Shown in pieces: positions 49,107-59,350 of a stretch of 64,000 nucleotides of DNA. A program made the translations under genes and the position numbers. The notes below the pieces were generated by a model that was given only the letters and a program-made list of their open reading frames with translations, was not told the DNA's origin and did no database searches. The stretch lies in NCBI GenBank assembly GCA_041662245.1, contig JBAZSW010000004.1, positions 11,454 to 75,453 of the forward strand. The letters run 5' to 3'. This DNA is from Parcubacteria group bacterium (GTDB lineage Bacteria > Patescibacteriota > Minisyncoccia > Moranbacterales > UBA9337). Each line of letters begins with the position of its first letter. Positions within the stretch are counted from its first letter, which is position 1.

Positions 49107-50885
49107 TTATTTCATAATTTTCTCTTCTTTTTGTATTGGTTCAGTCGGCTCCACATTATAATAATTTAACAAAAATTTCATCACTTCTCCAAAGGCAGGA
49201 GCAGCACTAGATTCCGCCCATTCCACATCTTTTGGGTTATCTATTTTAACTATAACAGTAAACCTAGGGTTATCCAATGGCGCAATTCCCGCAAAAGATC
49301 CTACGTTAATCCCTTCCTCATAACCCCCTCCCCCCTTTTTGGCCACTTGAGCTGTTCCTGTTTTTCCACCTACCCTGTAACCACTTACAGCCGCTCTTTT
49401 CCCATGACCATTTACTACTACATCATGAAGCATCTCTCTTACTTGATTAGCGGTGTCTTCAGTTATCACCCTTCTTATAATTTCTGGTTCCTCTATTTCC
49501 TCGGATCCATCAGCATAAATTTTTTTATCTACTATTAAAGGACGCATTAGCTTTCCACCATTGGCAATAACTGAATAAGCATTTAAAATTTGTAATGGCG
49601 TTACCGTTATCCCCTGTCCAAAAGCAACTGTAAAAAATTGAATATTACTTTTTAGGTTATTTAAATTGCGAATATCTCCCGAAGCTTCATTGGGCAAAGC
49701 AATTCCCGTTTTTTCACCAAAACCAAAATTACGAACATAATCCGCAAATCTTTTATTGCCCATCAATTTTTCTGCAAAAATAACTCCTGTATTTAAAGAT
49801 TTATTTAAAACATCCGTCATTGTCTGCTGTCCATTAGCCTTTTCATCTGAGTTCTTTATAGTATAACCTGCCTCCACAATCGCTCCCGTATCCACATAAG
49901 TAGTATTGGGAGATATAACACCTGCATCAATCGCACTAGCTAGGGTCATAGTTTTAAAAACAGATCCAGATTCATAAGAATTTGATACTGACGAGTTAAT
50001 GTAAACGTTCATATCCTCAACTTTTCCGAATTCATTGGGATTAAAATTGGGATAATTAGCCATAGCTATAATTTTCCCAGTACTTGGTTCTTGAACCAAG
50101 ATGCTTCCTGCATCCGCTTGATGTTTTTCCATCGTAGCTTTAAGAATTTTTTCTATCTCATATTGCACAGCTTGATCAATAGTCAAAACTAAATTTACTC
50201 CATCTTGAGCAGGAATTTTATCCCTATCAGTAATAGATATCCATCTGCCGGCACTATCTCTTTCTTGAGAAACGCTTCCATTTTTCCCACGAAGCTCTTC
50301 TTCCCAATAAGATTCTATTCCATATCTACCCACTTCTTTTTCTCCGTTTGAACCTACAAAACCTACTACTTGCGAAGCCAATTCTTTTCCAGGATAATAA
50401 CGATAATTTTCGCCTATTAATTCAACTCCTTTAAGTTTTAAATTGTTTATTTTATCAGCTTCTTCTTGGGAAAGTTTTCTTTTTACTATTTCAAACATAT
50501 CATTAGGATCAGCTAACTTTCTTTCAATTTCCCCCCTATCAACTCCCAAAATGTAACTTAATTCACTAATAACTTTATCTCTGTCATCCACTAACTTGGG
50601 CTCCAAAAAAACCATCTTGTATTCTCTATTGGCTGCTAGAGGATATCTGTTTTCTCCATTTTTTAAATAAATTTCTCCTCTTCCGGCAGAAAGTTCGCTA
50701 AAGGCTTGATGCTGATCTTCGGCTATAGCCCGAAACTTAGCATAATCATGCACTTGCAATATAAAAAGGCGAATAATGATTATTATTCCCATTAAAAAAA
50801 TAATAGCAGCTAAAAAATAAATTCTTTGGCTGCTTACCAACTTGTCCCTCTTATTCTTTCCTTTAGATAAAATCATTTTCTGCAT
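49107..50885 (-). CDS. ftsI: Class B penicillin-binding protein (FtsI/PBP2-like)
   Basis: SVFK, SLN and KTG motifs; mraZ-rsmH-ftsL context. Confidence 0.88.
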   Translation of the reverse strand: MQKMILSKGKNKRDKLVSSQRIYFLAAIIFLMGIIIIIRLFILQVHDYAKFRAIAEDQHQAFSELSAGRGEIYLKNGENRYPLAANREYKMVFLEPKLVDDRDKVISELSYILGVDRGEIERKLADPNDMFEIVKRKLSQEEADKINNLKLKGVELIGENYRYYPGKELASQVVGFVGSNGEKEVGRYGIESYWEEELRGKNGSVSQERDSAGRWISITDRDKIPAQDGVNLVLTIDQAVQYEIEKILKATMEKHQADAGSILVQEPSTGKIIAMANYPNFNPNEFGKVEDMNVYINSSVSNSYESGSVFKTMTLASAIDAGVISPNTTYVDTGAIVEAGYTIKNSDEKANGQQTMTDVLNKSLNTGVIFAEKLMGNKRFADYVRNFGFGEKTGIALPNEASGDIRNLNNLKSNIQFFTVAFGQGITVTPLQILNAYSVIANGGKLMRPLIVDKKIYADGSEEIEEPEIIRRVITEDTANQVREMLHDVVVNGHGKRAAVSGYRVGGKTGTAQVAKKGGGGYEEGINVGSFAGIAPLDNPRFTVIVKIDNPKDVEWAESSAAPAFGEVMKFLLNYYNVEPTEPIQKEEKIMK

Positions 50886-51075
50886 ATATTCATTTTCTTA
50901 AAAATATCTCTTCCCCATTATATCCCATCTCAATTTTTTAAGAAATCTATCCCTTAAAAGGAATGATCTAACTGATTGACATGCATATTCATTAATAAAG
51001 TTTAATTCTTAAAAAAATCTTCTCTGAGAATTAACCAGCTGCTACAAATAAATCATGTCCCATAAAATTAGACAT

Positions 51076-51384
51076 CTATTTCCCCAATGCCATCGCATCC
51101 TCATTGTCATCAATATAAGTCACATCTTTTACTTCCACCATATTTAAATTTCCAATATTATCTTTTATATTATAAAAAGAATTTAACTCTGCCTCTTGGA
51201 TTTTCAATTGTTCATTTTCTTTTTTGAGATCTTCTATTCTTTGCTCAACTTTTCTAACCTCATATCCCTTTACTGCTGTGGTATTAATAATACCTAAATA
51301 CGCTCCACAAACCAGCAGACACAAAGAAACTGCCAATATTTTCGCCTTAGCAAAACTACGCTGATGATTATTTATATTTTCCAT
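51076..51384 (-). CDS. FtsL-like cell division protein
   Basis: Single TM helix plus coiled coil; between rsmH and the PBP gene. Confidence 0.6.
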   Translation of the reverse strand: MENINNHQRSFAKAKILAVSLCLLVCGAYLGIINTTAVKGYEVRKVEQRIEDLKKENEQLKIQEAELNSFYNIKDNIGNLNMVEVKDVTYIDDNEDAMALGK

Positions 51385-51511
51385 TTATTTGTTTACCCCA
51401 TTAAATTATTTTGACTTAATCGGGATTGTTAATTTTTTGTTTTTATTTTATTTGAAACCCTATTTATTAAATTAATTTCATTTAAACAAAGGTTTTCTTA
51501 AGACAAAATAT

Positions 51512-52459
51512 CTAAATTCTTTCTATTATTCTTAATTTAGCGCTTCTGGACCTTGGATTGATTTCTATTTCTTTCTTTGATGCTACTGTTGGTTTCTTGG
51601 TAATTGCTTTTATCTTAGCTCTTACTTTGCAACGGCATACAGGGAATTCTACGGGACAGATACAATTCACTCGAGCTTCTTTAAAAATATTTTTTACCAG
51701 TCTATCCTCTCCCGAATGAAATGAAATTACCGCTAACCTTCCACCTACTATTAGTCCGCTAATAGCTTCCCCGAGGAATTTATTAATATTTTCCAATTCC
51801 TGATTAACTTCCATTCGAATAGCTTGAAATGTTTTGGTGGCAAAATGTATTTTCTTCCGCTTATCTCTTTCGGGAATCGCTTGAGAAATAATTTTTACCA
51901 GTTCATCCGTTCTCTCAATTTCTTTTTCCTTTCTAGCTTGAACTATTTTTTCCACAATCCTAAAGGCAAATTTTTCTTCTCCCAAATCTCTGATAATTTT
52001 AATCAAACTTTCTTGAGAATATCTATTTACTATATCCTGAGCGGTAATTTCTTGTCTTTTATCCATTCGCATATCCAGCACGGATTTGGAATTAAAACTG
52101 AAACCTCGCTCTTTATTATCCAGCTGATCAGAAGATAATCCAAAATCTGCCAAGATTGCATCTACTTTTTCAATCGCGTTATCTCTCAAAATTTGGTTTA
52201 ACTGAGAAAAATTGTTCTGCACTAAAATTAAATTCTGGGGCTTTATTTTTATTTTTAATTCTTTTATTTTATTTTTAAATCTTTTAATCGCTTCCGCATC
52301 TCTATCAATTGCTATCAATCTTCCTTCTGGTAAAATTATCTTTAAAATTTCAATTGAATGTCCTCCTCCCCCCAGTGTCGCATCCACTACTGTCATTCCT
52401 TCTTTTAAATTCAATCCACTAATTGCCTCTTCTAGTAATACTGATTTATGAATTGTCAT
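51512..52459 (-). CDS. rsmH: 16S rRNA m4C1402 methyltransferase
   Basis: DATLGGGGH, LDMRMD, ISFHSGEDR and NPRSRSAKLR motifs. Confidence 0.97.
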   Translation of the reverse strand: MTIHKSVLLEEAISGLNLKEGMTVVDATLGGGGHSIEILKIILPEGRLIAIDRDAEAIKRFKNKIKELKIKIKPQNLILVQNNFSQLNQILRDNAIEKVDAILADFGLSSDQLDNKERGFSFNSKSVLDMRMDKRQEITAQDIVNRYSQESLIKIIRDLGEEKFAFRIVEKIVQARKEKEIERTDELVKIISQAIPERDKRKKIHFATKTFQAIRMEVNQELENINKFLGEAISGLIVGGRLAVISFHSGEDRLVKNIFKEARVNCICPVEFPVCRCKVRAKIKAITKKPTVASKKEIEINPRSRSAKLRIIERI

Positions 52460-52574
52460 ACTTTAGGTTGTAGGTTGTAGCTTTTTAGCCATTAGCTTTT
52501 TAGACTTTTAAAATTCCAACGTCATAAAATCTCAAATTCCTAATCACCCAATAGCTACTGCGCTACTCGCTAAA

Positions 52575-53024
52575 TTAATATACTCCCAACTTACCCAACT
52601 GCTCAGCTATCTCGTCACTACTCTTTTCTGCTTTTGTTTTATAATTATTCCATTTTGATTTATCCCAAACCTCTAATCTATCAAAAAGTCCAGCCACAGT
52701 TACATCTTTTTTTAGTCCGGCATATTCCTTGAGATAATCAGGAATTAAAATTCTTCCTTGTTTATCTAATTCTACATCCAATGCTCCGGCTAACATTAGA
52801 CGAATAAAACTTCTCGTACCTGATTCGCCCACTGGTAAACTTCCCAATTTTTCGGCTAACTTTTCCCAAGTTTTCATCGGATAAATAAACAAACATTTAT
52901 CCATCCCACGAGTTATCACTACTTTTTTTCCAAGTTCAACTCGACACTTTGCTGGCATCGCTACTCTTTTTTTGGGATCAATTGTATGCTGATATTCTCC
53001 GATAAACATGCCATTTTTATCCAT
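52575..53024 (-). CDS. mraZ: Division/cell-wall cluster regulator MraZ (alternative start 53009)
   Basis: MFIGEY..IDPKKR; LDKQGRI. Confidence 0.95.
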   Translation of the reverse strand: MDKNGMFIGEYQHTIDPKKRVAMPAKCRVELGKKVVITRGMDKCLFIYPMKTWEKLAEKLGSLPVGESGTRSFIRLMLAGALDVELDKQGRILIPDYLKEYAGLKKDVTVAGLFDRLEVWDKSKWNNYKTKAEKSSDEIAEQLGKLGVY

Positions 53025-53230
53025 GAGTGGAGCGAATGGTCATAAAAATGAGCACCCCGCACCAATTTATGGACAAATTAAAATTCTTTAGATAACTAAG
53101 CCGTTAGGCACTTTACAATAATAAAATATAATTCTTAAAGTAATACTCTTGGAATTGGTTGCTAGGGTTTTTATCTTACATTCACAAATTCTAATTCCCT
53201 AAATTCTCATCTTCCTAAATTCCTATCAAA

Positions 53231-53296
53231 ACCCCACTCTTCCCCACTCAACTACATTACACTACCATTTTACCCCACTTGCCTATATCTTGTCAA
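53231..53296 (-). promoter_or_regulatory. mraZ promoter with GTGGG MraZ-binding repeats
   Basis: TTGACA-N18-TAAAAT; GTGGGG boxes at roughly 10-bp periodicity. Confidence 0.7.
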
Positions 53297-53360
53297 CACT
53301 TTTTAATAAGTTTATAAGGTTTTTAAAGTTCCTAAAGTTTATAAAGTAAAACCCCAGAAT

Positions 53361-53444
53361 TATCATCTCGACTCGCCTCGCTAAAGCTACTGCAAAGCGG
53401 ACTAGATAATTTTTTGTACTCAAAAAATTAGAAATGGAGAGATC
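53361..53444 (+). repeat. GTCAT-family repeat carrying a ~30-bp extra insert
   Basis: Aligns to the reverse complement of 54661-54715 apart from TCGCCTCGCTAAAGCTACTGCAAAGCGGAC. Confidence 0.7.
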
Positions 53445-53641
53445 TTTTAAAAAGCATTATCCCATAAGCGTGCGATAGTATATCTCATAAAACAATGAAC
53501 AATTTAAAAAGCCTTTTGCGTCAATCCGCAATCGGCTTTTTGTTTTTTCTCTTTTTGTCTTTTCTAATTTTTTGGGAGTGTAGTTCCATTTACGAGAACC
53601 TCAGCCAGACCACCACGACAGATTTTCTGTCGGCAGGATTT

Positions 53642-53824
53642 CTAAGCAGCTATGAGCAAAAAAATAATAACAGTAATGGCATACGCTTCAGTTTTGGTTA
53701 TTTCTCTCTTTAGGGGTATCACCTCATTGATGAAATCTCTAATGTAACTTTCTGCAATCCCCAAAACAATTACTATAAACAAAATAATAGCAGCACCAAT
53801 ACTGATAATTTTAATATATTCCAT
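53642..53824 (-). CDS. Small two-TM hypothetical protein
   Basis: GAGGAG SD; upstream TGCTATAAT extended -10. Confidence 0.5.
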   Translation of the reverse strand: MEYIKIISIGAAIILFIVIVLGIAESYIRDFINEVIPLKREITKTEAYAITVIIFLLIAA

Positions 53825-54056
53825 TGTTTTTTCTCCTCGTTATCGTACGTTTTCAAATATATCATCTCCATCATCCAATATTTATCCCAAATTAGACGAC
53901 TAACTAAGGATAAAGATTGGGTGATTGAAATCTTGTTAAATTGTCAAAAATCTAACTAACCCAAAATTATAGCATAAATATAATAAAAAGTCAAATTTTC
54001 AGATACCGCAATTTATAAAGTTTATAAGGTTTGTAAAGCTAAGTGAAATAAATAAT

Positions 54057-54217
54057 AAAAAACCCCGATGTTAAATCGAGGTTAATTTGTGGACCGAAAC
54101 AGTCTCGGTCATAGATATTTTTTCTGACGAAAAAATTCCACGACCCTGTCTCGCGGTGTTCGCCTTTTTCTCCTGAAGTCGAAAAAACTCACACAACGCT
54201 CCGACTTTCGAGTCCTG
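54057..54217 (-). repeat. tRNA-Ala 3'-end duplication with a structured intervening element
   Basis: 54057-54107 repeats 54252-54300; 54208-54217 is an inverted copy of the T-arm sequence. Confidence 0.7.
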
Positions 54218-54282
54218 ACGAAAGCAAAACTCTTTACTTTCTTTCGATCACAAAAACCCCGATATTAATCGGGGATTATTTG

Positions 54283-54355
54283 TGGACCGAACAGGACTCG
54301 AACCCGCCACCTCCTCAGTGCAAATGAGGCGCTCTACCAGATGAGCTATCGGCCC
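54283..54355 (-). tRNA. tRNA-Ala(TGC)
   Basis: GGGCCGA/TCGGTCC acceptor with G3:U70; CCTCA-TTTGCAC-TGAGG. Confidence 0.95.
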
Positions 54356-54561
54356 ATTTATTTGAAATGGTAAACTATTAAATTGTAGATGCCTTCTCTG
54401 TGCAAGAGATTGAGAATGAGTGAGCAATCTCCGCTCAGACAATCTACTTGGCCCATTTATTTGAAATGGTAAACTATTAAATTGTAGATGCCTTCTCTGT
54501 GCAAGAGATTGAGAATGAGTGAGCAATCTCCGCTCAGACAATCTACTCGGCCCATTTATTT
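54351..54561. repeat. 99-bp tandem repeat, two copies plus 13 bp, at the tRNA-Ala 5' end
   Basis: Units at 54351, 54450 and 54549 (partial); units differ at one base. Confidence 0.92.
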
Positions 54562-54660
54562 ATATTTCAAAACTAAAATAAATTATATAGTATATCTAAA
54601 AATTTGTCTAGCAAACAATCGGGCAATTTGACAATGCAGAGAGGAAAAGAAATCTTCTCA

Positions 54661-54715
54661 AGATCTCTCCACTTATAATTTCTTGAGTACAAAAAATTAT
54701 TCGGTCGAGATGACA
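54661..54715 (-). repeat. GTCAT-family palindromic repeat
   Basis: AGATCTCTCCAC..AATTTCTTGAGTACAAAAAATT..TCGGTCGAGATGACA. Confidence 0.7.
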
Positions 54716-54787
54716 CACAAAAATTTTCATATATATTTTTCGCTGAAACAATATTGTGTTATTATGCTAACATGTTGAACTGATAAC

Positions 54788-55864
54788 ATGATTTATTTAA
54801 ACGCTCTTAATAGAATAAATGGCATTGGTCCTCAAAAAATAAAAATTTTAATGAGTCACTTTGGCAGTGGCGAAGAAATTTGGAAAAGTAATTTAAGCGA
54901 ATTAATAAAAAGTGGCATAAATGAAAAATTAGCCCAAATTATACTTAGCGAAAGAATCAAAATTAATCCCGAAGAGGAATGGGAAAAATTAGAAAAAGAA
55001 AATATTCGAGTTATTTCTTTTTTCGACGATACTTACCCTACTCTTTTAAAAGAAATTCCTTCCGCTCCTCAGATCCTTTATGTCAAAGGTGATTATGATT
55101 TTAATTCTGCTCCCATGATTGCTATCGTCGGTTCGAGAAAGTTTTCTAATTATGGTCAGCGTGTTGCTGCTTCAATTGCCTATGATTTAGCTAAAGCAGG
55201 AATAACAGTGGTTTCAGGGATGGCTCTTGGCATTGATGCTTTTGCTCACAGAGGCGCGCTAGATGGTGGCGGAAAAACTTTAGCAGTACTTGGCAGTAGC
55301 TTGGAAGATAAAAATGTTGGACCACGCGCTAACTTTAATCTTTCTCGCCACATTATCAATAGTGGCGCATTAATAAGCGACTATTCACTGGGAACGCAAG
55401 CTATCCCAGGCACATTTCCTGCTCGCAATCGTCTGATGGCAGGATTAACTTTAGGCACCCTAGTCATCGAAGCCGCTCCTGCCAGCGGGACATTAATTAC
55501 AGCCAGCATGGCTCTAGATTTCAACCGTGAAGTTTTTGCTGTTCCGGGAGATATTTTTTCTCCTAGCTCCCAAGGAACCAATCAGTTAATCAAGTCTGGC
55601 GCTAAAATTGTTAGCAGTGTGACAGATATTTTGGAAGAATTAAATATTGAAAAATTTCAACAAGAAAAAATTATAAAAAAGTTTATTCCTGCCTCAATTG
55701 AAGAAGAAAAAATTATAAAAATAATTTCTCACGAACCCGTTCACATTGACAGAATTATAAAACTCTCTAAAATAAAAACCAGTGGCGTTTCTTCTATTTT
55801 GATTATTTTAGAAATGAAAGGAATAATAAAAGATATCGGGGGACAAAATTATATAAGGCTATAA
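54788..55864 (+). CDS. dprA: DNA-processing protein DprA
   Basis: AIVGSR, SGMALGID, FPARNR and SGTLITA motifs. Confidence 0.95.
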   Translation: MIYLNALNRINGIGPQKIKILMSHFGSGEEIWKSNLSELIKSGINEKLAQIILSERIKINPEEEWEKLEKENIRVISFFDDTYPTLLKEIPSAPQILYVKGDYDFNSAPMIAIVGSRKFSNYGQRVAASIAYDLAKAGITVVSGMALGIDAFAHRGALDGGGKTLAVLGSSLEDKNVGPRANFNLSRHIINSGALISDYSLGTQAIPGTFPARNRLMAGLTLGTLVIEAAPASGTLITASMALDFNREVFAVPGDIFSPSSQGTNQLIKSGAKIVSSVTDILEELNIEKFQQEKIIKKFIPASIEEEKIIKIISHEPVHIDRIIKLSKIKTSGVSSILIILEMKGIIKDIGGQNYIRL

Positions 55865-56017
55865 CAATTTCGAATTTTAAATTTTTAATTTTGAATCAAT
55901 TTTAAATCGCTAAATTAATAAATTTCAAAAACAATCACTTTTGTCAGATTTTCTTTTTTGAGAAAAAATATTTCCTGATTGATATTTTTAAATTTAGATT
56001 TTAAAATTTTTGACACT

Positions 56018-58213
56018 ATGCAACTTGTCATCGTTGAGTCTCCATCCAAATCAAAAACTATCAAAAAATATTTGGGCAGTGGTTATGAAGTAAAATCTTC
56101 TATTGGGCACATTCGTGATCTTCCCAAAAGCAATAAAAAGGCGATTGAAATTGAAAATAATTTTTTACCTCATTATGAAATTCTTGAAGGTAAAGAAGAT
56201 GTAATCGCTGATTTAAAAAAAAGTGCCAAAAAAGCTACTGAGGTACTTCTAGCAACTGACCCCGATCGTGAAGGAGAATCTATCGCTTGGCATCTTGCTG
56301 AAACTCTGGGCCTAAAAAAAGCCAAAAGAATTGTCTTTAATGAAATAACGGAACAAGCCGTCACAGAAGCAATTAAACATCCGCGGGCTATTGATTTAAA
56401 TTTAAAAAATGCTCAAGAGGCTCGCCGAGTATTGGACAGGCTTTTTGGCTATGATTTAAGTGGGCTGATTTGGAAAAAGGTTCGTTATGGACTAAGTGCT
56501 GGTCGAGTACAGTCTCCTGCACTTCGAATTATTGTCGAAAGAGAAAAAGAAATCCAAGCCTTTAATGCTGAAAAATATTGGAGCATCTTTTCTCAAGTAG
56601 CCAACAAAACTAAAAATAAATTTGAATTAACTTGCGCGCAAGAACCTCGTGACAAAAAAGATGTAAATGCAATAATTAAAGCGGGAGAAAAAGAGAACTG
56701 GATAGTCTCTGAAATTTCTGAAAAAGAAATTCATCGCATGCCCTATCCTCCTTTTATTACTTCCACGTTACAACAGGTAGCTAGCTCTAGACTGGGAATG
56801 GCTCCCTCCAAGACGATGTTTCTTGCTCAAAGACTTTACGAAGCGGGATTAATAACTTATATGAGAACCGACAGTACTATATTGAGCACATTGGCTCAAA
56901 AACAAATTGCGCAAATTATTACCAAAAAATTTGGAAAAGAGAACTTGAAACCACGAACTTTTAAAACTAAAAGTAAAGTAGCTCAAGAAGCCCACGAAGC
57001 GATCCGCCCTACTGACTTCAATAAATTTTCTGCCGGAGCCAATCCCGAACAAACAAAATTATATAATTTAATTTGGATGCGCGCCGTCGCTTCTCAGATG
57101 ACAGAAGCTCATTTGCTTAGTATGAAATTGATTGTCACGGTAGGAAAAGGCAAAAAAATTCCTGTTTTTGTCACCAAGGGTTCACGCGTTCTCTCTCAAG
57201 GCTGGTACAGTGCTGACACTCACGCCATCAGAGAAGATGTGGAATTACCTAAAGTTTCAGTTGGGGAAAAATTAAAATTTATTAGCATTGAAGCTAAAGA
57301 AAAAGAAACCTTGCCACCTCCTCGCTACACTGAGGCGGGACTAATTAAAGAGCTAGAAAAAAGAGGAATTGGTCGTCCTTCAACTTATGCCTCAATTATA
57401 AAAACTCTTAAAGATAGACAATATGCCGATAAAGAAGGTCGCACCCTAAAGCCTACCGACACTGGGGAAATAGTAAGTGATTTTCTTAGTGCGAATTTTG
57501 ATAAATATATTAGCGACTCTTTTACTGCCCAAATGGAAGATAATTTAGATGCAATTGCTAATGGAAAAAAAGAATACGCCAAAATTTTAAAATCTTTTTA
57601 TGGACCCTTCACTAAAGATATTAAATCCAAGGAAAATATTGAAAAAGTTACCAATCTAGGCAAGGCTGATAAAAAATTCAAATGTCCTCTATGCAAAGGT
57701 TCTATGATCATCAAATTGGGAAAAACTGGAAAATTTCTCAGTTGTGAAAAATTTCCCGACTGCACAGGTGGACGCACTATTGATGGAAATATTTTAGAAG
57801 GACCTAAAGAAACGGGAGAAAAATGTCCTAAATGCGAAACAGGAAAGTTAGTTACTCGCGAAGGAAAATTTGGAAAGTTTATTTCTTGCGATCAATTTCC
57901 TAAATGCAAATATATCAAAGAAGATCCAATTGAAAGTGCTAAAAGAAAAACAGGAGTTAACTGTCCTAAATGTAAGGATGGAGAAATGACCGAAAGGAAA
58001 GGACGCTTTGGAATTTTTTATGCCTGTTCTAATTACCCCGCTTGTCGCCATGCTATCAAATCTAAACCTACTGGGAAAGTTTGTTCTTATAAAAGACCCG
58101 AGCGAGTAGGTGGAAAATGTGGAGAATTAATGATGGAGGGAACCAAAACTATTCCCGAAAGATGTTCCGATAAAACTTGCCCCAATCATCGACCAGATAA
58201 ATTGGAAAAATAG
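56018..58213 (+). CDS. topA: DNA topoisomerase I with C-terminal zinc ribbons
   Basis: VIVESPSK, ATDPDREGE, SAGRVQS and ITYMRTD motifs. Confidence 0.97.
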   Translation: MQLVIVESPSKSKTIKKYLGSGYEVKSSIGHIRDLPKSNKKAIEIENNFLPHYEILEGKEDVIADLKKSAKKATEVLLATDPDREGESIAWHLAETLGLKKAKRIVFNEITEQAVTEAIKHPRAIDLNLKNAQEARRVLDRLFGYDLSGLIWKKVRYGLSAGRVQSPALRIIVEREKEIQAFNAEKYWSIFSQVANKTKNKFELTCAQEPRDKKDVNAIIKAGEKENWIVSEISEKEIHRMPYPPFITSTLQQVASSRLGMAPSKTMFLAQRLYEAGLITYMRTDSTILSTLAQKQIAQIITKKFGKENLKPRTFKTKSKVAQEAHEAIRPTDFNKFSAGANPEQTKLYNLIWMRAVASQMTEAHLLSMKLIVTVGKGKKIPVFVTKGSRVLSQGWYSADTHAIREDVELPKVSVGEKLKFISIEAKEKETLPPPRYTEAGLIKELEKRGIGRPSTYASIIKTLKDRQYADKEGRTLKPTDTGEIVSDFLSANFDKYISDSFTAQMEDNLDAIANGKKEYAKILKSFYGPFTKDIKSKENIEKVTNLGKADKKFKCPLCKGSMIIKLGKTGKFLSCEKFPDCTGGRTIDGNILEGPKETGEKCPKCETGKLVTREGKFGKFISCDQFPKCKYIKEDPIESAKRKTGVNCPKCKDGEMTERKGRFGIFYACSNYPACRHAIKSKPTGKVCSYKRPERVGGKCGELMMEGTKTIPERCSDKTCPNHRPDKLEK

Positions 58214-58240
58214 TTTTTAAAGTCAAAAAGTAAAAAAAGA

Positions 58241-58278
58241 AAACAGCCTAGAGAAATTTATTTTCTTGGGCTGTTTTT
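58241..58278. terminator. Bidirectional terminator
   Basis: AAACAGCCTAGAG..CTTGGGCTGTTTT. Confidence 0.7.
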
Positions 58279-58291
58279 ATTTCTATAGTTT

Positions 58292-58693
58292 TTATTCGGA
58301 AAGCAGACAATGTACCACTTCTACAAACTCGACATGAAATGTTTTTTTCATCCTAACAATTTTTTTCACAGCTTGGACTTCCCGATAAACAGGAAGTTCG
58401 CACATTGACATTAACCTTTTGATCTCCCTGTCAACTTCACTATACGGCAAAATACTTTGTTTTTTTATCAATCGAACAATGTCCAGTGACAGTTCCTCTA
58501 AATAAACCATCACCATCGAACAAGGCATCCCACTCTCAAATCCATCAGCAAAATCATCAGTAATTCTTTTAAACTTTTGCTCAGATTTAGCAATCAGAAT
58601 ACCTTCTGAAAAAATATCCCCACATAAACTCATTAATTGAGTAAGGATATGATGACTATCACCATCGTCTTGCCCTGCAATTTCAAACCTCAT
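58292..58693 (-). CDS. Hypothetical protein (ORFan-like)
   Basis: GGAGG SD before MRFEIAG. Confidence 0.55.
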   Translation of the reverse strand: MRFEIAGQDDGDSHHILTQLMSLCGDIFSEGILIAKSEQKFKRITDDFADGFESGMPCSMVMVYLEELSLDIVRLIKKQSILPYSEVDREIKRLMSMCELPVYREVQAVKKIVRMKKTFHVEFVEVVHCLLSE

Positions 58694-58734
58694 ATCATTC
58701 CTCCACAATATTAGTTTAATAATTTTGGCGATAT

Positions 58735-59082
58735 TTAGCGTATCTTCTTTCCGCCGTGCCTCCAACTTGCCAAAAAAATAAGCACCCAAATGAGAACGCA
58801 TACGCTATAATAAGCATAAAAATATGTCTCTCTAGAGAGAGGAAAAAATAAACTGATTTCTAAATCATACAGTTTGTTTATCAACAACAAAGGCACTATT
58901 AACGTCGTAATGATTCCAAAAAATAAAAAAATAATTTTTTTCCAGATCTCTCCCAAAAGGTTGCGATGGATACTTTTATTTTTTTGAAAAATTTCTTCAA
59001 TCAGACACGTTCCTGCCCCAAAAATCATTACTAGGCAGAAAGACACTACTAATAAAATTAAAAAACTAGAATAATTTTCCAT
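58735..59082 (-). CDS. Three-TM hypothetical membrane protein
   Basis: GAGGAGG SD; hydrophobic segments. Confidence 0.6.
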   Translation of the reverse strand: MENYSSFLILLVVSFCLVMIFGAGTCLIEEIFQKNKSIHRNLLGEIWKKIIFLFFGIITTLIVPLLLINKLYDLEISLFFPLSRETYFYAYYSVCVLIWVLIFLASWRHGGKKIR

Positions 59083-59350
59083 AAATCCTCCTCTAAGATG
59101 AACGTTTATTTCTTTTGACTCTATTTAAATTGCTAATAAAGACTATAGCATAAAGGATGTAACTTGTTAAGAGCTAGCCAGATTTAGTAGTTTCAAAATC
59201 AAAATATCCAGAATTTAATAAAATTCTAAGTTTAAGTATTATGTCTTCACGTTATCAGATGAGTTTAATTTTTAACTAAGTACCACCTTGCTTATTACCT
59301 TTAAATTATTTATACTAAGAAAGTAAAAAATATTATTTTTTATTTTCATT

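Noticed and set aside
53495-53713. 72-aa + strand hydrophobic ORF
   Set aside because: Overlaps the SD-bearing minus-strand ORF tail to tail; could be real but support is insufficient.
54248-54541. 97-aa ORF with internal repeat
   Set aside because: Product of the 99-bp tandem repeat read through the tRNA-Ala gene.
54351-54561. Mini-CRISPR
   Set aside because: The spacers are identical; it is a tandem duplication.
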